Below are positions 29,736-43,651 of a stretch of 64,000 bases of DNA, piece by piece; position 1 is the stretch's first letter, and every line of letters begins with the position of its first letter. Made by a program: the position numbers and the translations under genes. The notes below the pieces were generated by a model. The model saw nothing but the letters and a program-made list of their open reading frames with translations. It made no database searches and had not been told where the DNA came from. Source of the stretch: the human T2T-CHM13v2.0 reference genome, Homo sapiens; NCBI RefSeq assembly GCF_009914755.1, contig NC_060941.1. One strand, written 5' to 3'.

Positions 29736-30439
29736 TGAACAGTGTTAAATGCCTTTACGTGAAGTTTTGTAAAGCTTACAACAGAAGATAAAATATAAGA
29801 GATTTAAAAAATCTTCACTGAAGATAGTTTAGGGAAACTTGAATGGCTTAATGAAAGTGAGGCCACTCATTAGAGCTGGCTTGAAAGGCAAATTCTATGT
29901 ATAAAATTTGCAAATGTGATTCAAGAACCAACTGGAGTTCCTGATCAAAAGAATTCCTGATTCTCTTTGTTCATGGAGTCTGAAATTTCAACATTGCTGA
30001 CACATTCAGTTGTCTCATAGGGTCATTGATCTTCATGATTTATGTTAAAATGAATATACCCCTCAGGGGGGTGACACCACAAGCCCTTATCAACTAGTAT
30101 TTTGGAGGAGTATGACAGCTAGATCAGAGTCCAAATCTGGGTGAATATGGCAGAAGATTAGTGTTGCAGCCTATGAGAAAAGGGACAAGAAAGGGAGAAA
30201 AATTAGAAAATAATTGGGAAAACAGAGACAGAAAGTCAGAAAGGCAAAGCTTTTAGAAGGACTTCAGGGATTATTGGTTTTCAATGACTCTTTTAACATG
30301 AGCTCTTCTTAACAGCCACCTCTGAAACTAACTACATGCATACTCCCCCACACACATTTTATACAATTTATTATTTGTAATCACACCTACACTTTCTCAC
30401 AAAGTTAAAAGTATGCTTAATTTCTTTGAAAAATGATTT

Positions 30440-30745
30440 TGAAATATTATCTATTTACAAAAAAAGTAGAAAAAATGAAAATTGTTTAGTTTGATAGATT
30501 TTTATAAAGTGAACACACATGCATAAATAACACCCAGATAAAGAAGTATAATTGTAATTGTATATAAAAATCCCCTCTAATGCTCTCCAAATTACTAAGT
30601 CCTTTTCCTCTCCAAAGGGACTATCTTTCTGATTTCTAGCATTTATACATGAGTTTGGCTTATTCTTGACCTTTCTACAAGGGGCATAATTTGTCTTGAA
30701 TTTGGCTTCTTTCACTCAGCAACATGTTTGTAAGATTCATACTGA
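30440..30745 (-). mobile_element. Old L1 3' end (L1ME-like)
   Basis: GGCTTCTTTCACTCAGCAACATGTTTGTAAGATTCAT. Confidence 0.6.
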
Positions 30746-30789
30746 TTTAATCAATATCTTATTTATTTATTATTTCTACTTTTTGTGAT

Positions 30790-31640
30790 TAGATTTGATG
30801 TATTTCCAAATAAAATCTTAGCAGAATCGTCTCTTTTAAAGAAATTGAGAAGACATTTATAAAATTTATTTAAAACTCTTCCCAGCGTAATGAGTACAAA
30901 AATACAGTTAGCATGATTAATATCTAGTATTTGGTATCACAGTAAGGTAACTAACTAATAATAAATTTAAAAATAACTAAAAGAGTGGGAACAGAATCTT
31001 CTAAAAGAAATAAATGATAAATGCCTGAGGTGATGGATATCTCAATTACCCTGATTTGATCATTATGCATTGGATGCTTGTATTAAAACATCACATGTGC
31101 CCCAATAAAAATATATATATTTACACATAACTATCTTGGACCCAAACTAATTTTTAGAAAAGGAAAATAAATATAGAAAAAGTCAAATGACCAAGACTGG
31201 CCAAAGCAAATTTTGAAAAAGAAGAATGAAATTAGAATACTGATTCCATGATTTACCAAAAAATTATATTGCTTGAGGTATTAGTGAAAAGAGAGATTAT
31301 CTATGAAAAAGTATTTAGAATAAAGAAATACTCCCAAAAATATATAGTCAATTGACTTTTGACAAAAGTGCTGACGAAATTCAATGAAGAAATGAAAGTC
31401 TTTTCAACCAATGGTTCAGCAACAACTGGATGTCCATATGAAAAAATTATCTTTAGTTAACTTGAGTTCTTTCTTGCACCATAACAAAACTTAGGTCAAA
31501 ATGTAAAAGCTAACACTATAATACACCAAGAAAAAAAAAAAAACAGAAAAGTTTTGGAACCTTGACTAGGGAAATATTTATCACCTAAGATATACAAAGC
31601 ATAGACCATAAAATAAAGCTTGATAACTTGTGTAGGTATT
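30790..31640 (+). mobile_element. Old L1 ORF2 fragment with a nested L1MA 3' end (~30890-31165); resumes at ~34080-34380
   Basis: GCCAAAGCAAATTTTGAAAAAGAAGAA, TATAGTCAATTGACTTTTGACAAAAGTG; nested GAGGTGATGGATATCTCAATTACCCTGATTTGATCATT. Confidence 0.65.
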
Positions 31641-31644
31641 GAAA

Positions 31645-31740
31645 TATAAAGAAAATAGAAGAAAGAAGAAGAAAGATGAAGGAAGAAGGGAAGAAGAAGA
31701 GGAGGAGTAGGAGGAAGAGGATGAGGAAGAAGAAGAAATA
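31645..31740. repeat. GAA/GGA-rich low-complexity tract
   Basis: Read directly from the sequence. Confidence 0.85.
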
Positions 31741-31750
31741 AATGTCCAAA

Positions 31751-34064
31751 TGATACGGTTTGGCTATGTCCCCACCCAAATCTCATCTTGATTTATAGCT
31801 CCCATAACTCCCATATGTCATGGGGGCAGATCTTTCCAGAGCTTTTCTCATGATAGTAAATAGGTCTCACAAGATCTGATGGTTTTATAAAGGGGAGTTC
31901 CCCTACACAAGCTCTCTTGCCTGCTGCCATGTACAATGTGACTTTGCTATTCCTTTGCCTTCTGTCATGATTGTGAGGCCTCCGTGGCCAAGTGGAATTG
32001 TGAGTCAATTAAACCTCTTTCCATTATAAATTATCCAGTGCCGGGTATGTCTTTATTAGTACATGAGAACAGACTTATACAGTAAATTCATACCTGTAGA
32101 GTGGCGTGCTGCTGTAAAGATACCTGAAAATTTGGAAGTGACTTTGGAACTGGGTAGCAGGCAGAGGTTGGAACAGTTTGGAGGGCTCAGAAGAAGATAG
32201 GAAATGTGGGAACATTTGGAACTTCCTAGAGACTTGTTGAATGGTTTTAACCAAAATGCTGATTGTAATATGGACAATAAAGTCCAGGCTGAGGTGGTCT
32301 CAGGGGGAGATGAGAAATTTGTTGGGAAGTGGAGCAAAGGTGACTCTTGTTATGCCTTAGCAAAGAGACTGGTGACATTTTGGCCCTGCCCTAGAGATCT
32401 GTGGAACTTGGAACTTGAGAAAGATGATTTAGAGTATTTGGTGGAAGAAATTTCTAAGCTGCAAAGCATTCAAAAGGTGCTTTGGGTGCTGTTAAAAGCA
32501 TTCAGTTTCATGTATTCACAAAGATACAATTTGGAATTGGAACTTATATTTAAAAGGGAAGCAGACATTAAAAGTTTGGAAAATTTGCAGCCTGATGATG
32601 CAGTAGAAAAGAAAAACCCATTTTCTAAGGAGAAATTCAAGCCTGCTGCAGAAATTTGCCTAAGTAACCATGAGTTGAATGTTAATCATCAAGACAATGG
32701 GGAAAATGTCTCCAAGGCATATCAAAGACCTTTGTGGCAGCCCCACCCATCACAGGCCCAGAGTCCTAGGAGGAAAAGATGGTTTCCTGGGTGGAGCCCA
32801 GGGACCCCATGCTGTGTGCAGCCTAGAGATTTGGTGCCTTGCATCCCAGCTGCTCCAGCTGTGGCTAAAAGGGGCCAAGGTACAGCTTGGGCATGGCTTT
32901 AGAGTATAAAAGCCCCAATCCTTGGCAGCTTCCACATGGTGTTTAGCCTCTGGATGCACAGAAGTTAAGAATTGAGGTTTGGGAAACTCTGCCTAGATTT
33001 CAGTGAATGGATGGAAATGCCTGGATATCCAAGCTAAAGATTGCTGCAGGAGCAGAGCCCTCATGAAGAACCTCTTCCAAGGCAGTGAGGGAGAGGTATG
33101 TAGGGTAGGAGCCCCCCACACAGAGTCACCACTGGAACACTGAGTAGTGGAGCTCTGAAAAGAGGACCACCATCCTCCAGACCCCAGAATGGTAGATCCA
33201 CTTACAGCTTTCACTATGTGCCTGAAAAGCCACAGGTACTCAATACCAGTCTGTGAAAGCAGCCAGGAGAGGGCTGTACCCTGCAAAGCAACAGAAGTGG
33301 AGCTGCCCAAGGTCATGGGAGCCCACCTCTTGCATCAGCGTGACCTAGATGTGAGACACAGAGTCAAAGGAGATCGTTTTGGAGCTGTAAGATCTCATTG
33401 CCCCACCAGATTTCAGACTTGCATGGGGCCTGTAGAGCCTTCATTTTGGCCAATTTCTCCTATTTGCAACAGGTGTATTTACCCAATGCCTGTACCTCCT
33501 TTGTATCCAGGAAGTAACTAACTTGCTTTTGATCTTACAGGCTCATAGGCAGAAGAGACTTGCCTTTTCTCAGATGAGACTTTGGACTGTGGACTTTTGA
33601 GTTAATGCTGAACTGAGTTAAGACTTTGGGGGACTGTTGGGAAGGCATGATTGGTTTTGAAATGTGAGGACATGAGATTTGGGAAGAGCCTGGGGTGAAA
33701 TTACATGGTTTGGGTGAGTCCCCAATGAAATCTCATCTTGAGTTGTAGCTCTCATAATTGCCACATGTCATGAGAGGGATCTGGTGGGAAGTAATTAAAT
33801 CATAAGGGCAGGTCTTTCCCATGCTGTTCTTGTGGTAGTGAATAAGTCTCATGAGATCTGATGGTTTTATAAAAGGGAGTTCCCCTATACAAGCTCTCTT
33901 GCCTGCCACCGTGTAAGACATAACTTTGCTCCTCCTTTGCCTCCTGCCATGATTGTCAGGCCTCCCCAGCCATGCTGAACTGTGGGTCAATTAAACCTCT
34001 TTCCTTTATAAATTACCCAGTCTTGTGTATGCTTTTATTCGCAGCTTGAAAACAGACTAATACA
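31751..34064 (+). mobile_element. Full-structure THE1 (ERVL-MaLR, THE1C-like): 5' LTR 31751-32081, internal 32082-33700, 3' LTR 33701-34064
   Basis: LTRs start TGATACGGTTTGG / TTACATGGTTTGG and end ACTTATACA / ACTAATACA; ~1.6-kb THE1 internal region; 5-bp TSD CCAAA/CCAAG. Confidence 0.95.
32204..32902 (+). pseudogene. 232-codon remnant of the THE1 internal ORF
   Basis: Peptide LELPRDLLNGF...GDSCYALAKRL...CPRDLWNLELE is the MaLR internal ORF; lies wholly inside the THE1 internal region. Confidence 0.8.
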
Positions 34065-34684
34065 CCAAGCATCCACCTAGGCAAGGTGGGAGAGGGAATA
34101 CTTGCAATATATATATCTAACAAAGAATTTCTAACTAGAATATATAAGACATTTTTCAAATTACTTGTAAGAAGATGGCATATTATAAAATGGGCAAAAA
34201 TTAAACACTATACAAAGGATCATATATAAGCAGTAAGTATGTGAAAATGATGACCATTATTCACTGTGACAATTCATGTTAAAATCTCATAGATATTGCA
34301 CTACACATCCACGAAAAGAGCCAACAATTAAAAGACTGTTATTTCCAAGTACAGGAGAGGATGTGGAAGCATGCTATATAATAAGTAACACAGAGAAAAA
34401 AAAATACAATACTCAGCTAGATTAGCTAATTTTAGCTAATGCAGATCTGCATATATAAAATTGTATGTGCACACATTAGCTTAGATATGAGTTCACAGGT
34501 GATAAAGCAATGAATCTCTAATAGTTTTAGCAGGAAGTGGATGTGAAATTATGTCAGAGGTAGAGAACTAAGACTTGTTTTTCATAGAAAAATGCATATG
34601 AACGTAAAAGTATATATGAACATTCTTGTATAAATAAGCAGTTCTTCCAAGTTTTTTTAAGTAGCAAATGACCTTTTTGAATGT

Positions 34685-35145
34685 TTTACTTTATTTTTTG
34701 ATTGAAAAATAAAATTGTATATATTCATCACATACAAAACTTTTTGAAATATATATACACATGAAATGGCTAAATTGGGCTAATTAACATATCTGTTTCC
34801 TCACAGTTATAATTGTTGTGGTGAAAACATTTAAACTCTACTACCTTAGCCTTTTTCAAGATTACAATATATTATTAACTATAGTCATGATGTTGTAGAA
34901 TGGATTTCTTGAACTTATCACCCCTAAGTGTCCATCAACAATGAATGGATAAAGAAAATATGGTATATATACACAATGGAATACTATTCAGCATTAAAAA
35001 AAGGGAATTATATCATGCACTACAACACGAGTGAACCTATGTTAAGTGAAATAAGCCAGACACAGAAAGACAAATGCCTGATTATTGTATTTATATGTGG
35101 AAGTTGAAGAAGTTGAATTCACAGAAGTAGAGAATAGAATGATGG
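34685..35145 (-). mobile_element. L1MA 3' end with an inverted upstream segment
   Basis: 34685-34919 is the antisense extreme 3' end; 34922-35145 is the sense upstream segment (CCTAAGTGTCCATCAAC...GAATAGAATGATGG). Confidence 0.7.
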
Positions 35146-36120
35146 AGATAACACCACCAAGTGCTGGGAGGAACTTTGATAGGTCCAGAAGCTTTTAAAA
35201 CGAATTTTTATATTAAAGGGCTAGGAATAGAGAACTAGGAAGAAAACAAAAGAGAGCATTTTTTTTTTTAATTCAGACACATTACTTAGCAAAATAGTAC
35301 CGAATTTTTCTATAGAGGTCCATATATCACAGTAACCAGAAGCATTTTCATTAAAAAATTCTCCATAGACATAAAACAGCTAAATATAATTACAGTTGTA
35401 GAATAATGCCATCTCAATCATTTCCCCATTTATTTGAAATTTGATTTAACAGCAAAACTCAAAGGGGGCGTGAGGGTGAATAGCTAGCAAAAGAAATTTC
35501 TCTGCGGGAGGCAATCATCAAAAAAACTTGTAGTTACCAGTTGTTCCGCCCTACTTCTCATATTCTCATTTGGCTTTTTGCCCAGATTTGCATAAATCAC
35601 TAGTAATGGCCAAAACAATTCATGAATATAGAAAAAAATAACAAATAAAAAAATGGAGGAAGGAAAAAATAAACTCATGAAAAAAAAAAACATCGGTTTT
35701 TAATTATTGGAACACTAATGAAAACAGTGAATCAAATAAATAGTTTGTTCTCAAAGTGTTGTCATGCAAAACACAATAAACATGAAAGTTCCTGAAATAA
35801 CACTTCATAGCAAGAGGAAAAAAATGCCCTGTAACAGTCCTTGAAAGAAAAAATTCATTAGTATTTCACTTTATCATTCCTGGTTTCAGGTTCCAGTCTA
35901 ATCTCCATAGAAATGGAATTCCGATTGGACCTCAGAGATATCTTACAAGTACACTGTAATCCCAACTTGAGGGAGAAGTTCGAGTTAACTGAAATTCAGT
36001 TTACCCTCATGGGAGCAGTTGGGCTGAACTACTAAGAGGAACCAAATTTAAGTTCTTAAAAATGGCCAGGATGAATTCTAAAATAAAACAACAGAGCTAA
36101 TATTAAAATATAAAGAAAAA

Positions 36121-36265
36121 TCCTTCTTTCTTTCTTTCTTTCGTTCTTTCTTTCTTTCTTTCTTTTTCTTTTTCTTTTCTTTCTTCTTTCTCTTTCTCTT
36201 TCTTTCTTCTTCCTTTCTTCTCTCTCTCCTCTTTCTCTTTCTTTCCTTACTATTTTTTTTTTGTT
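36121..36265. repeat. (TTTC)n / CT-rich low-complexity tract
   Basis: Read directly from the sequence. Confidence 0.9.
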
Positions 36266-39200
36266 TTTACCCTGAGCAGCCTATCTCTCTCTTTTTTTTT
36301 TTCCTTTCACAAATGTGAAGTGATTATGAGAACGCAGAGGAAAAAAAATGCCGGTAAACAACAACGAGTAAATCATCTTTATAATCAGTAAAACACATAT
36401 TTAATAACAATTCTAACACAAGGACTTATGTGCCTAAGATAGCCACAGATACCCAGTTTATAATTTTATTTTAGCCGACATTAGGTTCTTTATGATTGCC
36501 AATAATAAACCATTGTTCTAATTTTGATGATTTAATTTCTTTTTTAAATGTTTGTCTTTTTTTACTAAAGTATAATATTTTTAAAACTCATTTAAAGAAA
36601 TTTGGACACATTGTTTGATATGACAGTCCTTTCTTTTTTTTTAAATTTTCTATAGAAATTATCTCTTTTCCATTTCAAAATATCTGGCACTGAGTAAGTT
36701 TTTTCTTACACAGTTCAAGATACAGTAATACAGTCAGCCTGAGTACCCATATTACCTCGCTGATCTTTAAAATACTTCTATGCACTTAGAATGATTTTAA
36801 AAATCTGTTTTTACTGTTTTTGGAGTCTAATAGAGTGGAGTTTAAGTAGTGGCTTTGTCATTTTTTCTGGGTGGGTTGTTGAATCTTTTGTAGTACTGTT
36901 TCCTCAATCATGAAATAATTTGGAAGTGAAGATCGAATGGTAGGTATAATGTATGTGAAGCTCCTAGAACACTAGCTGGGAGACACCTCTTTAAACAGCC
37001 GTACGCCACAGCCCTTCTCTTTTGTGGGATTGGCTTTGAAGACACAGAACAGAACTTTGAGTGGCTACTTCAGTGCCATCTGATCTTGCTCTGGGTATAG
37101 TTAATTTATCTGGCTTGGATCTGGGCCAGGCAGATTCTCTGTCTAAGAAACTGGAACTGAGAATAGAGAGCACAAAGCTTGGGAGGTTCTCTGTCTGAGT
37201 CACTTTACATGAAGACCCTCCAGGGAGAAGTAGTAGGTCTTGCTGCTGAGGCTCCCAGAACTGGCCTAGTCCCTTCCCATCCTGATGCTTTGTCTCTGAT
37301 CTTGTAATAAATCACAATTATCCTGCCCCATCAATATGTATGTTTTGCCCCCTCCTTTTATTTTGCCTTAAGCTAGAAAAAAATGCAGGTGCTCTAAATG
37401 AATATTAACTGACATTTAAATATGTATGGAAGAGTATGTTGTAGAAACAGACCTTCAGTGAAATGTGGGCTATTTAGAATCGGTGATGATTATGTGAAAG
37501 GCCACAAGACTATCTTCCATGTAATTGGAAGAAAGCTAGCAACCTAGAAACAGTTCATTACAGTTATTACCAAGGGATAAAGCTCTAAGAGAGTTGATCC
37601 CTTGGAGAGAGAAATGCCATTCTTGAAGGATTGGATGGTCAATCTGATCCTGATTGCATTGTATAAAATGACTGCTGAACCAATGTTCTATTGCTTTTTC
37701 TAGCAGTTAGGCTATGATCCTTGAAAACTAAATACAGAAATGTATTCATTTAGTTTATTTGATTGCTTTAACTTAATAAATGAACTATCGATAGTTATAA
37801 AACATATATTGTGTTATTGGTCAAATAGAATTAGACTTTTGAAGATTAGATGAAGAATTTCTTATATGCACTCAGAGACTGTATCAACAGTCCTGCTGTC
37901 CTACCTCCCCTCATATCTATATTAAGTACTTAACTTGGGTCACTCTTATTGAAGGAACTACCAAATCAACTGATGCCTCACCCCTCATTGTCATTTGTTA
38001 AGAGATTATTTTCAAAATCGCTCTATCTGGAAATATAATGAGCAGTATCAGAATAACGATCAAAGTGTTTACATTTGTAATTTACCAAGGAATATCATAA
38101 AACTGGTAGCAGAGTGGGTGGGAAGTTAGAATCAGTGCTTAGAGATTTTGAAGTATCTTAACCAGGAGGATGGAACATAGATAATGACTGCATTTAATGT
38201 CTTACATTGAACAACTATCTAACCCTTTAAAAAGTTTGCTAATGCAAACATGAACACCATGCCTGATTGTTCCCCATGTTATTGATTGATCAGATCATCG
38301 TTACCCAATACAGAGAAAGGGATTAAAAGATTTCAGAGAACAAACATGTTTGAATGAGTCCGCCATGTGCTTCCTGAGCCACTCTTGGCTTCAGAATATA
38401 CTAGGAAGAGAAGTGCCCAGATCTTCTAAAAAGCCTACCCTAGTTCTTCTGGCTATATGCCTGTCCTGAAAAGGTCAGGCATATCAGAAGAGAAAAGCTT
38501 CAACTGAGTAAGATTGTTGATCTACCACTGAATATAAGGTGCTGTGTGCACAGGGTCCACATGGCAGTAGTTTACCACAAGTGAAAATTCAGCAACGTGA
38601 ATGTGGTACCTGGTTTGGGAAATGATTCAATCCATCCTATCAAGGATAATATGTATCAATGTAATACAAAGTCCTGTCAGTTCTTTCTGCAAAATAGGTC
38701 CCTCTTGCTACCACATCCAACTCTACTAACCTAGTGCAAGCAATCATTATATTTTGCCTGGAAAACTGCAATGCCTCCAAACCAGTTTCTGTTTTCACCT
38801 TTCTCCACTATAAACAGTTACTAAGGAGGAACCAGAATGATTATGTAATAACATAAATCCAATCATGGCCACCATCTGAGTTTTAGTTGCATCTAGAGTG
38901 AAACCGAATTCCTTTAAAAATATTTCATGCTCTCACCTGTCCCATATATTTCTCCTTTTACATAAAATATTATTGAATCACATAATTATTTTGCCTATAA
39001 TTTTAATTTATGTAATTTTATGTGTATTCCTTTATGTGTGTGCGTGTCTGTATACATATTTTGAGTGGGCAAGGTATAAGCTTGGAAGCAATATCCAAAA
39101 TACATGTATCTGGCCAAAGACTTGTGTTCAGATAATACAAGGAACTCCTAGCGATAAAAATAAATAAATTACAAATCCAATTTAAAAATGGGCAAAAGAT

Positions 39201-39539
39201 TTAAGCATACACTTCCCAATAAAGCATATGCAAATGTCAGTAAACAAATGTAAAGTTGTTAAATATATTTGGTCCTCAGAGAAATGCCCTCAATATGGTA
39301 AAACAGATTAATAATGACAAAAAATTTAATAGCTTAACTGTTCTAAGTATCTGGACATTTTATACATGCCATGTGTTACTTATGGCCCTAACAAGCCCAG
39401 GATCAAGGAAGATGTAAAACAGCTCAGGCAAAAGAAGCATGAAATGGTACAGAGCATTGGCTTCAACAAAAGACTTATGTAAGTTCAAGCAGAATGTCCT
39501 GTGGGTTCTATCAACCTGCTGTCTGAAGGAATTTATTCC

Positions 39540-40100
39540 AATAAAGCTTATAACTAGCTCATTTTCCTTTTCCTCTAAAGCAAAATTTTAAGTGTTAGCT
39601 TTTGTGCTTGGCACTGGAAATAAAAAGATGAATAAGACTACATGTGATTTCCAAGAGTTTACAGTAAATGTAAGAAAGAGAGCTGCTTAAATGATAAACA
39701 TCACATAGTATGGGAAGTACTTAAACAAAAGTTTGCCTTAGGTGTTATGGATCTACAGAGGAAAGAACTGACTCTATCTGGGTGGGTCTAGAAATACTTT
39801 GCCAAAGAGAAAACATCTGAACAGAATTGAATGATAATTAGGCATTGTCCACAAAGAGAAGAGACAAAAAACCATTAAGGCAGTGAAACTAGCATCTCAA
39901 GTCATAGATATGTGAAAGACCATATAAAGGCATTAATATGGTAAAATATAGACATTTTGGGCGAGGTAGAAACACTGTGGTAAATGGAATGAAAAGGGTA
40001 GGCACAAGAAGAGTCATGCCTATTTGTACTGTCTGGACCATATTCTCCAGTTAATGATGGTTTCAGTATGGGAATATTTTGGAAAAATTGATGGTTTAGA
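39540..40100 (-). mobile_element. L2 fragment
   Basis: GTGCTTGGCACTGGAAATAAAAAGATGAATAAGAC...ACATCTGAACAGAATTGAATGATA. Confidence 0.55.
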
Positions 40101-40103
40101 ACT

Positions 40104-40646
40104 TGTGATAGATAGAATAATGGCCTCTCCTCAAAAGATGTTCACCCAATTCTCAGAAACTGAATGTGTTACCTTACATGGCAAAAGGACTTTGCAGATG
40201 TGATTAACTGGAGGATTTTGAAATCAGAACATAATTTTGAATTATCTGGATGGCTCTAATATATTCACAGGTCCTAAAATGTGGAATAAGAAGGCAGAAG
40301 AGGGAAGCAAGAGAGGTTTGACTACGGAAAAGGAAGCTAGACTGTTGCAATGTGAAGAAGACTTAATATACTATTGCTGGCTGATGCAATGTGAAGAAGA
40401 CTTAACTTGCTATTGCTGGCTTTGATGGTGGAGGAAGAGGGCTACTAGTCCAGGAATGTGCGCAGCCTGTAGAAGCTGGAAAAGGCAGGGAAAGCAGTTT
40501 GTGCAGCCCTGCTAACACGTTAATTCTAACCCAGTAAGAACTATTTCAGACTTCTAGCTTTCAGGACTGTAAGATAATAAACTGTTGTTGTTTTAAATCA
40601 TTAAGTTTATAGTAATTTCATACAGTAGTCATATAAAATGAACACA
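40104..40646 (+). mobile_element. MLT1D-like MaLR solo LTR
   Basis: TGTGATAGATAGAATAATGGCC...GTTACCTTACATGGCAAAAGGACTTTGCAGATGTGATTAA...TAGAAGCTGGAAAAGGCA...ACTGTAAGATAATAAA. Confidence 0.85.
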
Positions 40647-40965
40647 AATATATGGAGATGAAAGGATATTGTGGATAAGCAAAGCCCTCCCTGGTTTCTT
40701 CTTGGATATGGCTTTTTCCATATTTTAGACTCTGTGGCTGAAAACAGGCCCTTGAACACTGTCCAGATACGGGTGTTTATTATAGTACAATAAATGCAAG
40801 AAGAACACAGTCTTTGAAGCCAGATACACCTGAGTTATCACCTCAAATCTGTCATACATTTACTCTATAAGCTTAGGATACATAAAGTACAATGAGCTGA
40901 GACTTGTTCAGGTTTCTCACCCACAAAATAAGAAGGATAGTAATTCTCTCATTGAGCTGCTGGGA

Positions 40966-41593
<628 letters not shown>

Positions 41594-41618
41594 CAAAAAA
41601 GGAAGGAATCGAACCCCC
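41594..41618 (-). pseudogene. MT-TS1: 3' 25 nt of mitochondrial tRNA-Ser(UCN), part of the NUMT
   Basis: CAAAAAAGGAAGGAATCGAACCCCC directly follows the CO1 AGA, as in primate mtDNA gene order. Confidence 0.92.
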
Positions 41619-42599
41619 TGGGAGTATTACCTAAATGAATGCTTATGAAAGATTCCAGCACAATAGCTGAGTGCACATACTAACACATGTTAATTCTTAC
41701 TTACCTTTCAACATCTCACAGTAAAGTTAAATCTGGATATTTATGAAAATACGTAACAGCCTGGATATATATGAAATAACAATCCAGGCTGTTCATTAAG
41801 ATAATGAGCAATTGATGTAAAATAACAAGGCTAGCAGAGATGGATTAAAGAAATAATCTGGAATTTGATGGTAATAATATACGAGGGGATAGTATTGTGC
41901 ACCTCCACAAAGAAACACACACAGAGAAACACGGAAATAAACTGCATGATTGGATGGATTTGGACACTTTTTTTTTCTGGAAATGTGCTGCCATAGAGCT
42001 AGAGAAAGAAATGAAAACTGAATTGACCCCCTTGCCAGAGCTTTACAAACTCACTCAAATGTGTGGGATGAATATGTACAAGGCAGTTCTAGTGAGATTT
42101 ACAGGTCAAATCTAAATTCTTCCTTGAGGAGCTTGGATTTGTTGTTTGTTTTGTTTTGTTATGTTCACCCAACAGGGATTTATTTTTAACTTCCCTTAGT
42201 TTTGTAACAGTATCTCAGGCAACAGTCTAGGTTTTTAATTAAAAATCTCAAGTTGGTATCCCAGCTGAACAGCTTAGTTTTATACCACTGAACCAGACAG
42301 AAGCCATGGTGGAATGCCTCCATCCCCAAAGACCTTATCTCTATGGGGTGCTCCACTTGCCATATGCCACATCACATTTTTCACAAAGGGGTGCTTTGCT
42401 TCTATCTCCTTCAGACCTAAGTAAAAAATATGTTTCTATCTTTTTGAGGAGCCTATACATCTTAGAAAGGCAATACACCTAAAGCTAATCATTCTCAAAT
42501 ATTTGATTTATTGATCATTCTAACAATTGCACAAGTAAAAGGAGAATGTTAAAAGCAACATCACATGTAAAATACTAATATTACATAAAAGTACACTCT

Positions 42600-42760
42600 C
42601 AAAATTATTTTGTTTCTTTTATACAACAAATAAAAATAAGCAATTACTTTTTCTATTTTACAAATGAGAAAATTCAATTTCTGAGTTTTAAGACCAATAC
42701 TGAATACCTTCACCCTCATAAACAGCAAAGCAAGAACTTGATTCCCACTGTCCACCATAG
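42600..42760 (-). mobile_element. MIR fragment
   Basis: CTATTTTACAAATGAGAAAATTCAA core motif. Confidence 0.55.
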
Positions 42761-43322
42761 CTGGGAACTAAATTCTGGCCACTGTAATCAAAGACCTTCT
42801 TTAAACTTGTATATTAACGCTTTCTTTAATTACATATATTTTGTGAACATTGTTTTCTCTAGGATAACATTTAAGTCTCATGACAAAAATAACACATTTT
42901 AATATGTGTGAGTATTCATTTGTAAACAATGATTTGAAGTAAGAAGAGATCTGAATACTTTTCTAGACTTTGAGAGCAACTTCGTGAATAATTATAGGGA
43001 TATCAAGTAATTTCTTTGGGTATTTTAATTCCAATTTGTAAAATGAGAAGACTGAGTTAGGGTGGCTTGGCTAGTTTTATTCTTTAAACACTGCACATTG
43101 CATGATGCTCAATCCTTGTAACCTATTGTTGAGATTCAATAACTAGGGTATCTACTAATAATAGGGCTAAAAAATTTTTATTTCCTTTTCCAGCTCCTAT
43201 ATGTTTAAGTAAATCCTTATATAGACACAGCATTATTTCTATTTTTAGAGACATCTTCTTTAGCATCATAGTATGAATGTTATATTGGGACCACTCTTTG
43301 ATGTATTTTTTTTTTCAGGTAA

Positions 43323-43651
<329 letters not shown>

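Noticed and set aside
31979-31991. PRDM9 hotspot motif in the THE1 LTRs
   Set aside because: CCTCCGTGGCCAA matches only 7 of 8 defined positions of CCNCCNTNNCCNC, and the 3' LTR copy matches fewer.
35875-36080. Possible exon after the acceptor-like TTCCTGGTTTCAG
   Set aside because: No convincing donor or recognisable coding frame; cannot be supported without transcript data.
41594-41618. Functional tRNA-Ser gene
   Set aside because: Only the 3' 25 nt are present; there is no anticodon arm.
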